The notes: a model not told the origin generated them from the letters alone. Shown: positions 12,701 to 25,669, counted from the stretch's first letter. The stretch: 64,000 nt of DNA from Bugula neritina (GCA_964035545.1 OZ037769.1:16522633-16586632); one strand, 5' to 3'. Numbers and translations: made by a program.

Positions 12701-13926
12701 CATACAGTTCCTGTGTCTGGTGGCTGTACTTCAGTCTGTAGTTATCAGGGAAACACTTATGTTGGGACAGAGAGTGGTGGAGTAGATATAATAGATGAGA
12801 ATAACCAACTCAGTAGGGAGTTTGTAAGAGTAGGTAACTCTGTACTCAGTGTAGCTGTATACAAGGACAGACTGTATACTTTAGCACATGGTAACCCTTA
12901 CAGAGTCACAGTACATGATCTGACAGGGAGACTCATCACCAGCTGGACACACACTGATTATGGGTATTTTAGTAAACTAGCAGTTGTTAGTGACCAGGTT
13001 GTTATACCAGACAGACAGAACAAGAGACTAACAGTTTACTCTCTTACAGGGGAGGTAATTAAACACATTCACTGTCCTCTACTCAGTCCTAACTGGGTAT
13101 CAATGTGTGCCGTAGACAATCTCTCTGTTGTTGTGTCTCATTATCAAACTTCTAAAGTGTTTAAAGTGAATATTCCAAGTGGAGAAGTTGAATGGACGTC
13201 ACAAGATGTACCCAACCCTGAAGGTGTAACATACCACGGAGGGAGAGTGTTTGTTACTAGCGACAGTAATACCACCAGAGTCTGGATACTGGATGTGAAT
13301 ACAGGTTAGATTATATACGTACTAATCTACATTGTATACTTACTAATCTGCATTATATACTTACTAATCTACATCATATACTTACTAATCTATATTATAT
13401 ACTTACTAATCTACATTATATACTTACTAATTTACATTATATACTTACTAATCTACATTATATACTTACTATTCTACATTATATACTTACTAATCTACAT
13501 TATATACTTACTAATCTACATTATATACTTACTAATCTACATTATATACTTACTATTCTACATTATATACTTACTAATCTACATTATGTACTTACTAATC
13601 TACATTATATACTTACTAATCTACATTATATACTTACTAATCTACATTATATACTTACTAATCTACATTATGTACTTACTAATCTACATTATATACTTAC
13701 TAATCTACATTATATACTTACTAATCTACATTATATACTTACTAATCTATATTATATACTTACTAATCTACATTATATATTCATATATTCAGGTAAACTG
13801 CTGACAGAGATCTCAGATGCTGCTATAAGAAGTAACTCTAGTGTATTTGATCTGCACGTAACAGGAAATACTCTGATAGTCCCGAGATTCGATGAACATA
13901 AAGTGCTGTTCTACCAAATAGACTGA
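9763..13926 (+). CDS. TRIM-NHL-like E3 ligase (RING, two B-box-like motifs, coiled coil, C-terminal beta-propeller); exons 9763-9923, 10069-10228, 10356-10539, 10827-11023, 11125-11295, 11397-11505, 12591-13304, 13793-13926
   Basis: RING CGFC..LPCSHVHCLRC..CPFCR; B-box CDSC..YCKTCSTKLCAKH..H; CTKH..CRKC..CGCVEC; heptad-rich middle exons; NHL/YVTN-like blades. All junctions are GT-AG and in phase up to TGA at 13924-13926. Confidence 0.85.
10526..10789 (+). repeat. 30-bp tandem repeat spanning the TRIM exon3/intron3 junction (GAATTGTACAGATG|GTATGTATTCTATAGA), 9 copies
   Basis: Direct reading; each unit reproduces the exon end plus the donor site. Confidence 0.92.
11882..12224. mobile_element. 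PIF/Harbinger (Tourist-like) MITE, 343 bp, in a TRIM intron
   Basis: Terminal inverted repeats (TIRs) of ~75 bp (GCCTAGGGCCACACGGTGCGTATTTTCGCATGCGAAAATTGAAATCACAAGTAGCAAAGGTGTCCACTGTAGCGT), flanked by TAA at 11879-11881 and 12225-12227; no ORF. Confidence 0.85.
13309..13780. repeat. 21-bp intronic minisatellite (TACTTACTAATCTACATTATA)n
   Basis: Fills nearly all of the last TRIM intron, 13305-13792. Confidence 0.95.
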
Positions 13927-14398
13927 ACAGTCTGCTCTACTTTCTACTTGTCTGTCAATAGACAGGGAATTGGAATCTTGAAAATTAAATGATTCTGAAG
14001 TATAATTCACATCATATAAACTTATATTATTATCCTGAAGTTACTATATTATATCTTTCCCTGTTTGATTCCAAAATTATTTTATATTTTGATAATTGCT
14101 GTCTTACCAAATAAAATTTGCAATCCCTTCTATGTAACTTAAATGATATAAATGTTTGCTAATATCCTAAAGTCTTTACTGAATGTGATCTATGTAACTT
14201 CCTCTTCCCTAAATAATATGCTACATCTCTGCTTTGTCATTTTTTCTTTTCTATCTTGTGTAATTTTAAATGCAAAAACTTCATAAATCTGAGCAGTATC
14301 TTCACTAAAGATAAGTTACTATAACTAGTCCATAATATAAGGTTTTTTCTCTTGCTGTAATATAATATTATAATGTTTCCTATGCAGTCTTCTTAGGC

Positions 14399-14754
14399 CA
14401 GGGGTGTCCAACCTTTTCAGAGCGAGGGCTACAGAAATGCAATATTTCATGGCAAAGGCCACATTGAAAACTTTAACTCCAGTTGGGGTTACAGCATAAA
14501 TTTTTCTCAAGCGAAATTATTCAAATGCTTAAGACTATAGTTACTGCATGCTGCATGTTTTCAGCATGCGTATAACAATAAGGCATTTAAAAGGCCGTCT
14601 CCAGCTCTAATTTTTGCATTTGTGTGCAAAATAATTTTCTTTGTTGGACCCACTTTACCTGACAAGATCATATTATTTTGAGTTCATTGGTTGTGCCTCA
14701 CAAATATAGTCTGGGGCAGCATTCAGTCCTGGGGCCTCTTGTTGGACAGCCCTG
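14399..14754. mobile_element. Short non-autonomous hAT element (356 bp)
   Basis: Ends CAGGGGTGTCCAAC...GTTGGACAGCCCTG; degenerate 8-bp TSD TCTTAGGC/ACTTATGC; termini shared with the element at 17822. Confidence 0.8.
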
Positions 14755-16737
14755 ACTTATGCCAACTGTTGCTGAGATATTACGAACTGCGTTGCGCAGT
14801 AAGAGTTATTTGCTCATGAGACGTTATAAATACTAATTTTGTTTATGTTTATTCCGTCTTTTCGTTGCGAATTGTTTTATAAGCAGCTCTAATTTGGGGA
14901 TGAATAAGTGCAGTAGTTTGAAGTTAGAATACGTGACCCCAGACTATTGTACGCTTTCACCCCCAACTTGGAGCTCCTTATACAACACTTCGCTCACTGT
15001 GAAAAATCACACATTCTGTATTCACCTTGGAACGGATTATCACGGTTATAGATTAAGACCACTTAACTAGAAATTATAATATTATTAATATCTTTTCCAG
15101 TTCATTGATAAAAATCACGTATTATAAATATATGGTCTTTTGCCTTTTTAAAGAGTGATTTTTAGTAGAGTCAATATCAATATCAATATGAATATCGGAG
15201 ATTTATGATTTAATTATCGTTATGATTATGATTACCACTACCAGTTAGTGTTACTGAATTAGTATTACTAATAACTAATTCAAGTATTACTATTAGACTT
15301 ACCCTTAGTATTACTATTAGTGTATTGCTGTAAGACTAAGTGTAAGTCTAAGTGTAATTATAAGTGTATTAGTATTACTATAAGTATAACTGTATAAGTA
15401 TAACTATTAGTCTTGTATTACTATTACTTTTAGTTTTACTATTAGATTTAGTGAGTATTACTATTAGTAGGAGCTTCACAGTATCAGTATGAGTACTCAG
15501 CAGATGTTTAAATTTGATGATCCAAGCTCAACGAGTCATAGGAGTAAGTGTATGCTTTTACTTTTGCAACTTGCAGTCAGTATGAGTCAGCTTATAAGTG
15601 ATCTTTATACTTAGTCTTATTGTTATAGTTATAGTCATTGACTATAAGACTGAGTATCAGTATAACTATGACATTGAGTTTGACTATCACTATGAGTATC
15701 ACAATAAATATAATACTGATGGTTTCAATTTGATGTTGATCGACTATGGCTTTACATTTAGTTTTTTTTAAGTTGGAAGTTATGTTTAATTTTATCATAC
15801 TTGTCTTTGTACTTTTATACTTTGATACTTTGATTTGCTTTAACTGGAAAGCTTTTAATTTGAATTCACTTTCAAGTTTCAGGGTTTGATAATCGTAACA
15901 TTAACCATGCAGGTGAAAGTTAGACTTATTTAGTTGTACAGTATTAATATAAATATAGTTAATAGACTTAAAGCTATTTACTAATTAGTAATTTTAAATT
16001 ACTTAAACTAATAATAATACTCTTTTAGGGTGTGATTAGACAAATAGAGCAAAATAGTAAGCTTCAACTCTGCAGGTGATACTCCCAATTATCGTAGCCT
16101 ATGGCATTAGTTATGATAATTGATCAAAGTTGCTCATGGCGAGTTGGAGGCTGATGCTATTTTATTTATGTTAATTATTGGTATAAAGTAAGTAGAGTAG
16201 GGTAGACTGTTGTATTTTACGTAAGTAGAAGAGAAATAACAGGAAAGTATTGTGGGTAATATAATGAAGTGTTCATACAGAGAGAAGACATTTACTATCG
16301 GTAGCAATTTCCTTGCTAATAGTTCTGTGTTTTTCATCTTAGTGTCAGCTCTTTCTCACTCTAAAGGGGAAGTTGTTTGTAGTCACAGTGTTGTGGTTTA
16401 CTTTGATGATAGTTATTTGGTGCTGCCATTTTGTTGTGGGAGAAGAAAGGCTGACTGTTTCCTTACATAGGGATTCACAGACTTCATATGATATGATGGG
16501 TTCTTTAGGAGCCATTCATCAGAGATCCCGTTTTTTTCTCTTTAGTTTCTTGTGTTGAACGTGGTGCGGACATAAGCATGTCCCTAAAATTTTTGTGCAA
16601 AGCCTATTTTTCTCTTGCATAGTTTCTCGTAGATAAATGTATTATCATGTGTAATTTTCTCATTCGGTCAGCAAACACCAGGTTTTTGCACGATTGGTGT
16701 GAAGCAGTGTATCTGTAATTGTTGTTTAGGTGTAACC

Positions 16738-19700
16738 ATGGCAACTAAGGAAATTATTAAATCATTTGAGGGGGAGTGGCAATGTGACAACTCTAGAACA
16801 GAAAACTTTGAGGAGTTCCTAGCAGAAATGGGTGAGATTGTGTTCTGGAAATGCTATTAATAGTTTCATGTTTCCCAAAAACATCATAATGTTGTTTCTT
16901 GCCTAAACAAATTTACCTCAGCCTATCAAACAGCAAGAAAAGATTTGCCAGTTTTTAAGCTATACACGTGGATTAAGGGTGTTTCACTTTTTATTATCCT
17001 ACCCTTCGTGTTAATCAACTGCTTGATTTGCTTGTCTGTCTGTAATATATGGAGTTGGTGCCAAAGTTAGATCAGCTTTGTTGTACTTTGTATTAATTTG
17101 AAATTTATCACTCATTACTCTAACTACTACTATTAAATTTCCATTTACACTATCATTTATTACTGTGACCATAGCTTTTTACAATCACTCATCACAGTGA
17201 CTATCACTCATCACTGTGACTATCACTCATCACTGTGACTATTACTCATTACTTATCACTGTCACTAGGAGTCAACTTCATGATCAGGAAGCTGGCCAAG
17301 CGTAGCTCCCCCATCATGACCATCTCCTCAGACGACACTCACATCACCTTTAAGAATGAAGCAGGGTTCACCACGAAGATCACCTCCCTACCTCTAGATG
17401 GCACTGAAGTGCTAGAGGACCACCAAGGAGGGGGCAAATCCAATGTATGTGTTACATTCTAAGCTTTTCTATTCTAAGTTATTCTATTCTCATTCTAATT
17501 CTCTTAATACATGAAGTAGACTTTTCTGATGGGTGTATTTAGTTACTCTTATACTTCCTGAGAATATAAAAATAGTGAGTAAACTTTTCAATGAAGCAAC
17601 TGTAACATACGATTGTTTATACATACTGAGTGCATATTAAAAAATTGTCAAGTTCCTTTCAATTGTCAACTGGAAGGTGTGTTAGTCTGGTAAGTAGACC
17701 ATCAGATTGCTGATTGGCTGTAGCAAAGGGTTGCTGATTAGCGTATATTTACCATAGATCAGCTACTAGCTACTTTATAGCTCAGGTTCTATGAGATATA
17801 AAGTTGTGTATTACTCTACGTCAGGGGTGTCCAACCTTTTCAGACCGAGGGCCAGTCTGCAAGTTTCAGCTTGAGCTGGGGGCCACAACATTTTTTTTGT
17901 TTTTAAAATAAATTTTCAAGATTCATTAAACATCTGCAGGCCATATGCATTGTAATTATAAGCGAGGGCTAGGCTTTGCATGTTTATTAAAATCATAACA
18001 TATTTGAATAGATATATATTATTTATGTGTGTATGTGTGTATATATGCATTTAATTAAAATAGGTAAACAAGAAACATTTCATTTTTATTACTTTAATAA
18101 TCAATAATTATATATGCATTTATGTTTGTGCATAAGAAATTATACATATATATTCATACAAAGTAAATATTCATGATTGTACATGCAAATTTAAACAAGA
18201 TGTGCCAGTGCTAAGAGTCTGTACTCATATCAGTATAGTTATATTTTACAACCATCAGTGAAACACTTGTGAGTACACAGTGAGTACCGTTTGCCTTGAA
18301 CAATTCTGTTAATATCTGGTTTCATATTAAAACATATAACCCTTAGTTACTGGACTAAGTGCTGACTAGTGAGTGAAGTGTAGTATTTATTTTGTGTATT
18401 TCATTTGACTGAAAATTGAAAGCTCAGAGTTCAAGCCTTCAAGCCATCTCAGTGCAGTGCAGCATCCAACAAGCAGTCAAAGGTCAAGGCGATTACAAAT
18501 CCCAAATCATTTCACTACATACTCGCACAAAATTCATTATAAAACAAAATTGTTTAGGCATCTAACCTTAAAACAGTATGTAAATGAAAACTAACATATA
18601 CATAATAATATTTTAGTACTGCATAAATGAAGTGTGTCAGGGATTCTTCAACTACTTATCTTTCACAATACAGTCAATAAAAGTGAGATCTCAGTTATAC
18701 TTTCAAAAAAGTCTTGTCTCTATATATGACCAGTCCTGATTAAATGTCTTTGAAACATTTGTCTGCACAGGATAGCTAAGGGCAACTTTTTAGCTGCAAC
18801 TGAGGTTTGCATTGTAACTGTGTAAAAATTCAGTAGGCCTACCAGTAATAACAATCTTATTTAATTGAAGGCTACTAGAATCAAAATTTAAAAACTATGG
18901 TGTGAATCTTATTTTTTCTCAGTGCAGCTTTTTTGGAATTTTTTCATTCTTTTGAAAAGTTATAGAAAAAAACTGCACATTTTTGGCTAATTTTGCCTCA
19001 AAAGTTGATTTTTTTAGTACCAGTAAAATATCTTAGCAGGAAAACATGATATCTGAATAAAAAAGCAATAACTTTTAGAATTTATATAAATTGTGGATTT
19101 ATACACTGGAAATGGTATATTTCTTTTCAAGTAGTAAACACTGTGCATCACTTCACACTTCAGTGAACGCGTAGAGATGAGCATATAATATAGGCAGCTA
19201 CATTACTATAAGTCACAGGCTTGCTAGCTAACAGACTATAATGACTAGCTTGCTGTAATTGGTTGTAGTTTGATCTCAGGCTAAACAATGACAAGTAGGC
19301 AACACGCATGCCACCCACAGAACAATATTGTAGAAGAACTTAAACTACATTTTAATAGAAATAATTCTTAGTGGGATGCTTTCAACTATCCCATGTGCTG
19401 CTGTTTCAGGCTAGTTAGCAAATTTGATAAACAAAAATTTGTAACTTGCTATACCTTTGGGGGGCCACACAAATATAGCTGGAGGGCCGGATCCGGCCCG
19501 CGGGCCGCCTGTTGGACAGCCCTGCTCTACGTAGTTGTGTGTATTGTTGATGTTGTTGAATTTAGACTAAGTTCTGCGCTCAAGATGGTAAACTTATCAT
19601 GACTGCCATCCCAGTGAACCCCGGGATGAAGAAGACGGTTGTAACCAGGGAGCTGGTTGGCGGGGAACTCATTCAGGTGAGGGCAACTCTCAGTAGTCAC

Positions 19701-20038
19701 TCCGTCATGTTAGTCACTGGTATACTTCACTGGTGTTTCTTATCTGTGTCTCTTGGAGCTAACGTGTGAGTTAGTTTATTGAGAATTCATAGCCATGTTT
19801 GTGTAACATTCACTTAAGTGGTTGCACTTTCCCAACTTGAGGCATCTCTTAGAAGACTTAACTTAACATGACTTAACTCAAAACGTTTCTATATCTTAGG
19901 CGCTGTAGATAGAGTTGTATTGGTTGAACTGGCCCTGAGTTTTGCCTTTTCTCTACATAAAGCTTTGTTCTGTTCCAGCTGATAGACGTAGGTGATGGGA
20001 AGGTAGTCTGTAAACGTGTCTTCAAAAGGAAACAGTGA
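16738..20038 (+). CDS. FABP: Fatty acid-binding protein (intracellular lipid-binding family); exons 16738-16831, 17269-17444, 19566-19676, 19979-20038
   Basis: MATKEIIKSFEGEWQCDNSRTENFEEFLAEMGVNFMIRKLAK..VTRELVGGELIQ..VVCKRVFKRKQ; GxW motif and the canonical 4-exon FABP layout. Confidence 0.92.
17822..19524 (-). mobile_element. Non-autonomous hAT (Charlie-like) DNA transposon, 1703 bp, in FABP intron 2, with a decayed transposase C-terminus
   Basis: TIRs CAGGGGTGTCCAAC/GTTGGACAGCCCTG; perfect 8-bp TSD CTCTACGT (17814-17821 and 19525-19532). The minus strand at ~18260-18415 reads FSQMKYTK/KYYTSLTSQHLVQ*LRVICFNMKPDINRIVQGKR, resembling a hAT dimerisation-domain tail with a frameshift and a stop. 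Confidence 0.9.
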
Positions 20039-21352
20039 CGCAGGTAAATATTTCTGAAGGGCATTTTATTTTATTGAAGCTATGTTCATTTTTCAATCAG
20101 TTGATGCAACTTTGGACTTTAAATTAATTTTTTTTAAAAATTGCTATAAAATGGTTATGTAAATAGCTTTAGTGTTCTTTTCTCCAACATCCATGCTTGG
20201 AACAAATTTGTTTGTCTATGAGTCTGAAATGGCATTGGTAGATTGGCTGTTATTTATATGGCGGCCTGTGATTGGTTGGTATTTTTATAGAGACTCATGA
20301 TTGGTCGGTGTTTACAGGTGTCCATCCCACAGCTAGTCACATCAAATCAGTGTTATGCGCTCAAGAATAGACTTGATTTAGTCTTTTAGAGCTTTTTTCC
20401 TATTTATGTTTCATGATTCCTCTATAAACCTGTATTGACATGGCATAATAGTTTTAAGTTTTTTAATCAACTTATTTCATAGTTGTTTGTAATTTTCCAT
20501 ATTTCTCAATTTTAGATAAATATTGGTGATTTATTTTTATGATTTGTGATAATTGTCACTAATTGATGAAATTTCTCTATTTTTCAAAATAATATAATTA
20601 TTTATTTTTACCATTAATTTTATACTGGATTCTTGTTTTTGCACGAAGCCAGTACATTTTAAAGCCATTCATTATTCCTATTGGATTTTCTTGTACTATC
20701 AAGTCATTCTTTCCAAGTTGATTTTTTAATCATTCCATTTTAGTGTAGAATAAAATATTTGCAACAAGTTAGGTGACCTTTTCACTGCGTCAGCGATTTG
20801 TAATCAACGTAGTTTTCTAGAAAGGCGCATATTATATCTATTACCTTACAGGTAGCAGTCATTACCTTGCAGGAAGCAGCTAGCAGTATCTGACAAGTAG
20901 AAAGTTTTCTATTGATAATTACATGGATGCTTATTTGCAATTTCCTAGTATAAGTTGGCTTTTGCTGGAAAAGGAAAAGAAATATGACTTTTAATAAACT
21001 TATGGTGCCACTTGGTGTTTTAAATAGCTCCTAGTACCATTGTACTAGTCAGTCTTCAAAATGAATACATGATTCCTTCCTTTATATTAATTGTGTGTTT
21101 ACAAATCTATCCCCTTTTCTGTCTTGTAAATAAATATGCTGCATTCTGGTGGATGATAAAAAGCCCGAGTAATTGATAGTATAGCTGGTAGTTTATATCA
21201 AAAGAGAAAAACTCCATATATAATAGAAGAAAATATGTGCTTTCGTGGGAATCCTGTTATGACATTCAATTTTGACACTTAAGAAAATAATTTGCATTCT
21301 ATATAAAAACACCTCAATATTTTCGAAGTTATTTATGACTCCTAATAAAATA

Positions 21353-21571
21353 TTGCAGCAACTGCAGGTAGAGTATAACAGCAACTGCAGGTGAAATATA
21401 ACAGCAACTGCAGGTAAAGTATAACAGTAACTGCAGGTAAAGTATAACAGCACCTGCAGGTAAAGTATAACAGCACTTGCAGGTAGAGTATAACAGCACC
21501 TGCAGGTAGAGTATAACAGCACCTGCAGGTAAAGTATAACAGTAACTGCAGGTAGAGTATAACAGCACCTG
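21353..21571. repeat. 23-bp tandem repeat (AACAGCACCTGCAGGTAGAGTAT) upstream of the vanin gene
   Basis: About 9-10 copies with a palindromic CTGCAG core. Confidence 0.9.
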
Positions 21572-21780
21572 CCTATTGCCACATGTACTAGATACTGCCC
21601 TGGTTTATCTCTATTCTTGCATAACTCGCTGATAAGAACTGACAGAGGTCAAGTATTCTTGGATCTCGTAAATGATGATGCAAGGGTTGTTGACATGCAG
21701 CATCACGAGCTCAGTAGCTTATGCTAACGCACAACATAAGTCTTAAATTCAGCTACTATTAAGGTTGATTGTTTGAAGCA

Positions 21781-23728
21781 ATGAAGGCAAGACTGGTGGT
21801 AGGTGTTAGCATAGCGTTAGTAGTGGGAGTAGCAGTCACACTCGCAGTAGTCTTGACACTGAATAGGACAAAAGATAAGAAGGTAGATAGACAGTATGCT
21901 GAGACAGATCACGTGGTTGCAGTGTATGACCATGTGTACGTTAGTGGGCCAGCGACCTCTAGAGATGAAGCTCTACAAATCATGAGAGCTAATGCTGACA
22001 TATTTGGACATCAGATGAGCTTAGCGAAGTCAAAGGTATACTTGTAACAGGTGTTGGTTGATGTGTATATGTTGAGGTGAACCAGTTGCTAAATTCTACA
22101 AAGCACTAGCGCTGGGTCAGGAGAAGCTAACTTCTTATTAATCTAAAAGAAAAAGTTATATATGTGGTCCAATTACAGTGAATCAGAAGTGCTCGTAAAT
22201 AGCAGAGGAAGTCCAATAGCCCAACTTCTTTCAGTTTTAAATGAGTTTTGGTTTGGGGTTTGAAGTAGAAATTCTTTTACATTTTTATATTGAACCATCG
22301 CTCTTCTCATCTTCTCCCTTTTTTATTTGAAATACCAGCTCTATGCATGGCACACTTTATATCACAGCGACCGGCGTATTAGATTTTGTAATTTGCATTA
22401 CTAAAGTATAATATTATATATAGCCAATAGCTTCCATGCATATTATACTAGTTATTCACCCTTATAAATGAATAGAGTTTTCTTTTGCCTAGGAGGTAGA
22501 GTTAATTGTCTTCCCAGAGTATGGTCTTACAGGACACATCAACAAAACAGGAAGAGAGAGTCTATATCCATATGCGGAGAAAATTCCAGATGTCGGGACA
22601 GATGAGTCATGTATGAGCTGTGACTCATATCAGACAGGAAGTGAGACTGTGAACTACGTCTCATGTTTAGCTAGAAACTACAGCATGTATGTAGTAGTCA
22701 ACCAGCTAGAGAAGGTAGCGTGTGACAATGTGAGTGGATGTCCATATGGTGATGGCATGCTTATATATAACACTAACGTTATATTCGACCCTAAAGGATG
22801 TATTGTAGCCAAGTATCATAAATATCATATGTGGGGAAATGAGAAACATACAGTTGATAGACCCCTAAACCCCGAGTATGTTTTTATAGATACTCCGCTT
22901 GGTAGACTGGGAACTTTTATATGCTTTGATGCAGTTTTTGAAGAGCCCAGTCTTGCTCTGATTAACCGGTATAAAGTAGACGCCATTTTTTTTCCAACCA
23001 TGTGGACGATGCTAAATGCTAGCACACAGTTTTACCAGAATATTGTAGAATATTCATCCGGGTTTGCCCGCAGACACAAAGTTAATTTTCTCGCTGCAAA
23101 CATCAGAGATCATGATCAAAACTGTTACGGGAGTGCTATTTCTACACCAATCGGAATTGCTGATGCTTATTACGAGCCGAATCAGACAGAAGGAAAATTG
23201 TTATTGGCAAAAATCCCTTTCATAAAAAATAAGAAATATTCTAAAATAACGAATTCAAACCATGTTGAGGCTAGCAACTTTACGGTAGTAACCCCTCCTG
23301 ACGGCCGGAACTATCATGTCAACCCGTTGGATAAGACGAGTGACACGGTAAAAGTGTGTTATGATCAACTCTGCTGTAAAGTTGAATATGAGAATAAAAC
23401 TGGTTCAGACACAATGATCCTTGCCGCCTACAGCTGGTTTGATCCCTCGGAAAACACACCTGGAGAGGTCTGTCTACTGCAGACGTGTAAAGGTGAGTCA
23501 TATGACTCATGCTTTGACTTTCCGATATCTGAGAGTGACATCAGATTCAGTCACATCCGGGTATCTGGTCATTTCGTTTCTTCCTATGTCTACCCATTGG
23601 TGGTGAGCTCCGGGTATGAGGTGGCGGGATTTGATTGGTCATACAGGTTTTCGGGGAAATATAACGAGATCGAGATGGCGGATGCTGATTGGCCAATACA
23701 GACCGCAGCCTTACAAACATTCTATTAA
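21781..23728 (+). CDS. Vanin/biotinidase-family amidohydrolase (nitrilase superfamily); exons 21781-22035 and 22493-23728
   Basis: Catalytic triad motifs ELIVFPEYGL (E), KYHKYH (K), FICFD (C); YNTNVIFD; Cys-rich base domain VCYDQLCCKVEY; the phase-0 junction is in frame. Confidence 0.9.
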
Positions 23729-24685
23729 TATTTACACATTGCATTTAGCTATAATATGCTATATGCTGTGCTATAGTGTACTATGCTTTACTATACTTTG
23801 TTATACTATACTATGCTATTTTCTACTATGCTATACTATACTATATGCTATACCATGCTATACAGTATACTATGCTGCATGCTTTATACTATATACTATG
23901 CTTTACTATATTACGTATATTACATAATACATACTATAATGTGATATTTTATATGCAGCTGCTTTTGTGCATATTATATTATATATTTATCTTACATAAT
24001 AATAAGCCATTTACCTGTGAAACACACAACTTTTACACCAAGTTTGACTTGAGTTGAATTTTTTTGCTTTAAACCATTTGCAGTGCAGCAGGCACTTATA
24101 TTTCAAAATATGAATGTCAACCACTAGGATGACAAGTAAAGTGTATTATTTATCAGTTTCATCACATTATACAAACAGATAATTGTGGTTTACAACTTGA
24201 GATAGACAATTCACACAGCTGTTAAAGATGTGTGATAATATTTATAATATTCAATTCTCCTTGAATTATCCGCAGTAATGGCTGAGCCCAGCTACCAGAC
24301 AATCTCAAACTTACTAACCAATTATAGCATAACCTGATAAGAGTTGAAAAGAATATTTCACTCCACAACAAATAGTTGTTAGCACCCTATTGTCCAGGAG
24401 AAGTATTCTAATTGATTTTTTAATTAATAAAACAATATAAGACACGTGTCAAGCGACGTATAAAATAAATTATTAACATTTTGGGATTAGGGTCCATGCA
24501 AAACCGTTACTGTAGGAAGGTGGGCTGCTGAAATACATTAAATTTTTCGTAACGCAGCATAATTCAGTTTAATCATGATTAAATTAATAAAATATAAATT
24601 CGTGCATCAGCTGAATGTGCAGTCAATAAATATTTATTAGAGGCAAGAAATAATTAATTAGTTGTAAGTAGCTTGGTGGCTAGGA

Positions 24686-24777
24686 TATAAAAACTCTACT
24701 GCTGCTGTGATACGGCAGCAGATAGAGTGGCAGCGTACTAGACAGGCAGCATTACGACAGACAGCACTTGACAGCAG
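24686..24777 (+). promoter_or_regulatory. TATA box (TATAAAA, 24686-24692) and probable non-coding first exon ending at CAG|GTGAGT (24777)
   Basis: Consensus TATA followed by a short, relatively GC-rich segment and a consensus donor, upstream of the prepropeptide gene. Confidence 0.6.
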
Positions 24778-25197
24778 GTGAGTGTTTTACTTATTACAAA
24801 GTTGAAGATATTTACTAATCAATTATATGCACAGGATATAAAATTCATTTAATATAAATAGAAATATTAGTACATTATAATGAATCATTAAATTGTGGTG
24901 TAAAATATATAATAAACACTATTTTATGTTTCTATTTCATTATATTGCTACATATTATATTATTAATATTATGTTATGCCATCAGTTTATTACATCAATG
25001 TTATGTTATTACTACATGATATATGGTATTATATTATACTATTATTACATGATCATCAATTATATAATATTATAATATGAATGTATTTCACTACATTTTC
25101 AGAATGTACTCTGTTAATATTACAAGGTCCATAACAGGTGAAATATATGTTTTTTTTCAATTACAGCATTTCAACTTATAGCCAAGTAAAGAGAAAG

Positions 25198-25669
25198 ATG
25201 TTGATACTAATTTTAGCTACTCTCTGCATTAGTGTGACGTGTGCTCCTTTATATGACGCCGTCCCCTCTGCAACTGAGCAAGGTATGTAGAACTGAAGCT
25301 AACTTGCTGTGACCTTCATATGGCATTGTTAGTTGCCTATAATGCACTATGTCGCATATTAGTTTACAATAACCATACCTTACTACCATGTTTCTAATCT
25401 GTGCTGGGAGTTGTCTACTGTCCAGTACACTTGGAGTTATTGTATTAATAGGATCAGTGGGTGGTTTCCATGGTAACTCGGAGGTATACCAGAAACTCAT
25501 GCTGCCACCACAGGGAGTACCGGCTGCTGCCGAAACAACACTCTCACCAGAATTCTGGAGACAGGTCTATGGCCTGAATATGCTACCGTATGTCAGAAAA
25601 CGAAAAAACTCTCGCATTAGCCAATTGCTGTACAACTACAAACGAAGACCCGTTGAATGGATCGGTTAA
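25198..25669 (+). CDS. Orphan 100-aa secreted prepropeptide, candidate neuropeptide precursor; exons 25198-25282 and 25452-25669
   Basis: Spliced translation MLILILATLCISVTCAPLYDAVPSATEQ-G-SVGGFHGNSEVYQKLMLPPQGVPAAAETTLSPEFWRQVYGLNMLPYV-RKRK-NSRISQLLYNY-KRR-PVEWIG*: hydrophobic signal peptide, basic cleavage sites and terminal Gly. The AG|GTATGT donor and TAG acceptor are in phase; AATAAA at 26001. Confidence 0.75.

Noticed and set aside
16738-23728. FABP plus vanin as a co-regulated lipid/CoA gene cluster
   Set aside because: Adjacency alone in a compact genome is not evidence; no shared element was seen.
25388-25451. ORF-track N-terminus MFLICAGSCLLSSTLGVIVLI as the precursor's signal peptide
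   Set aside because: It lies in the predicted intron, and the upstream exon at 25198 supplies a better in-phase signal peptide. An alternative start cannot be fully excluded.
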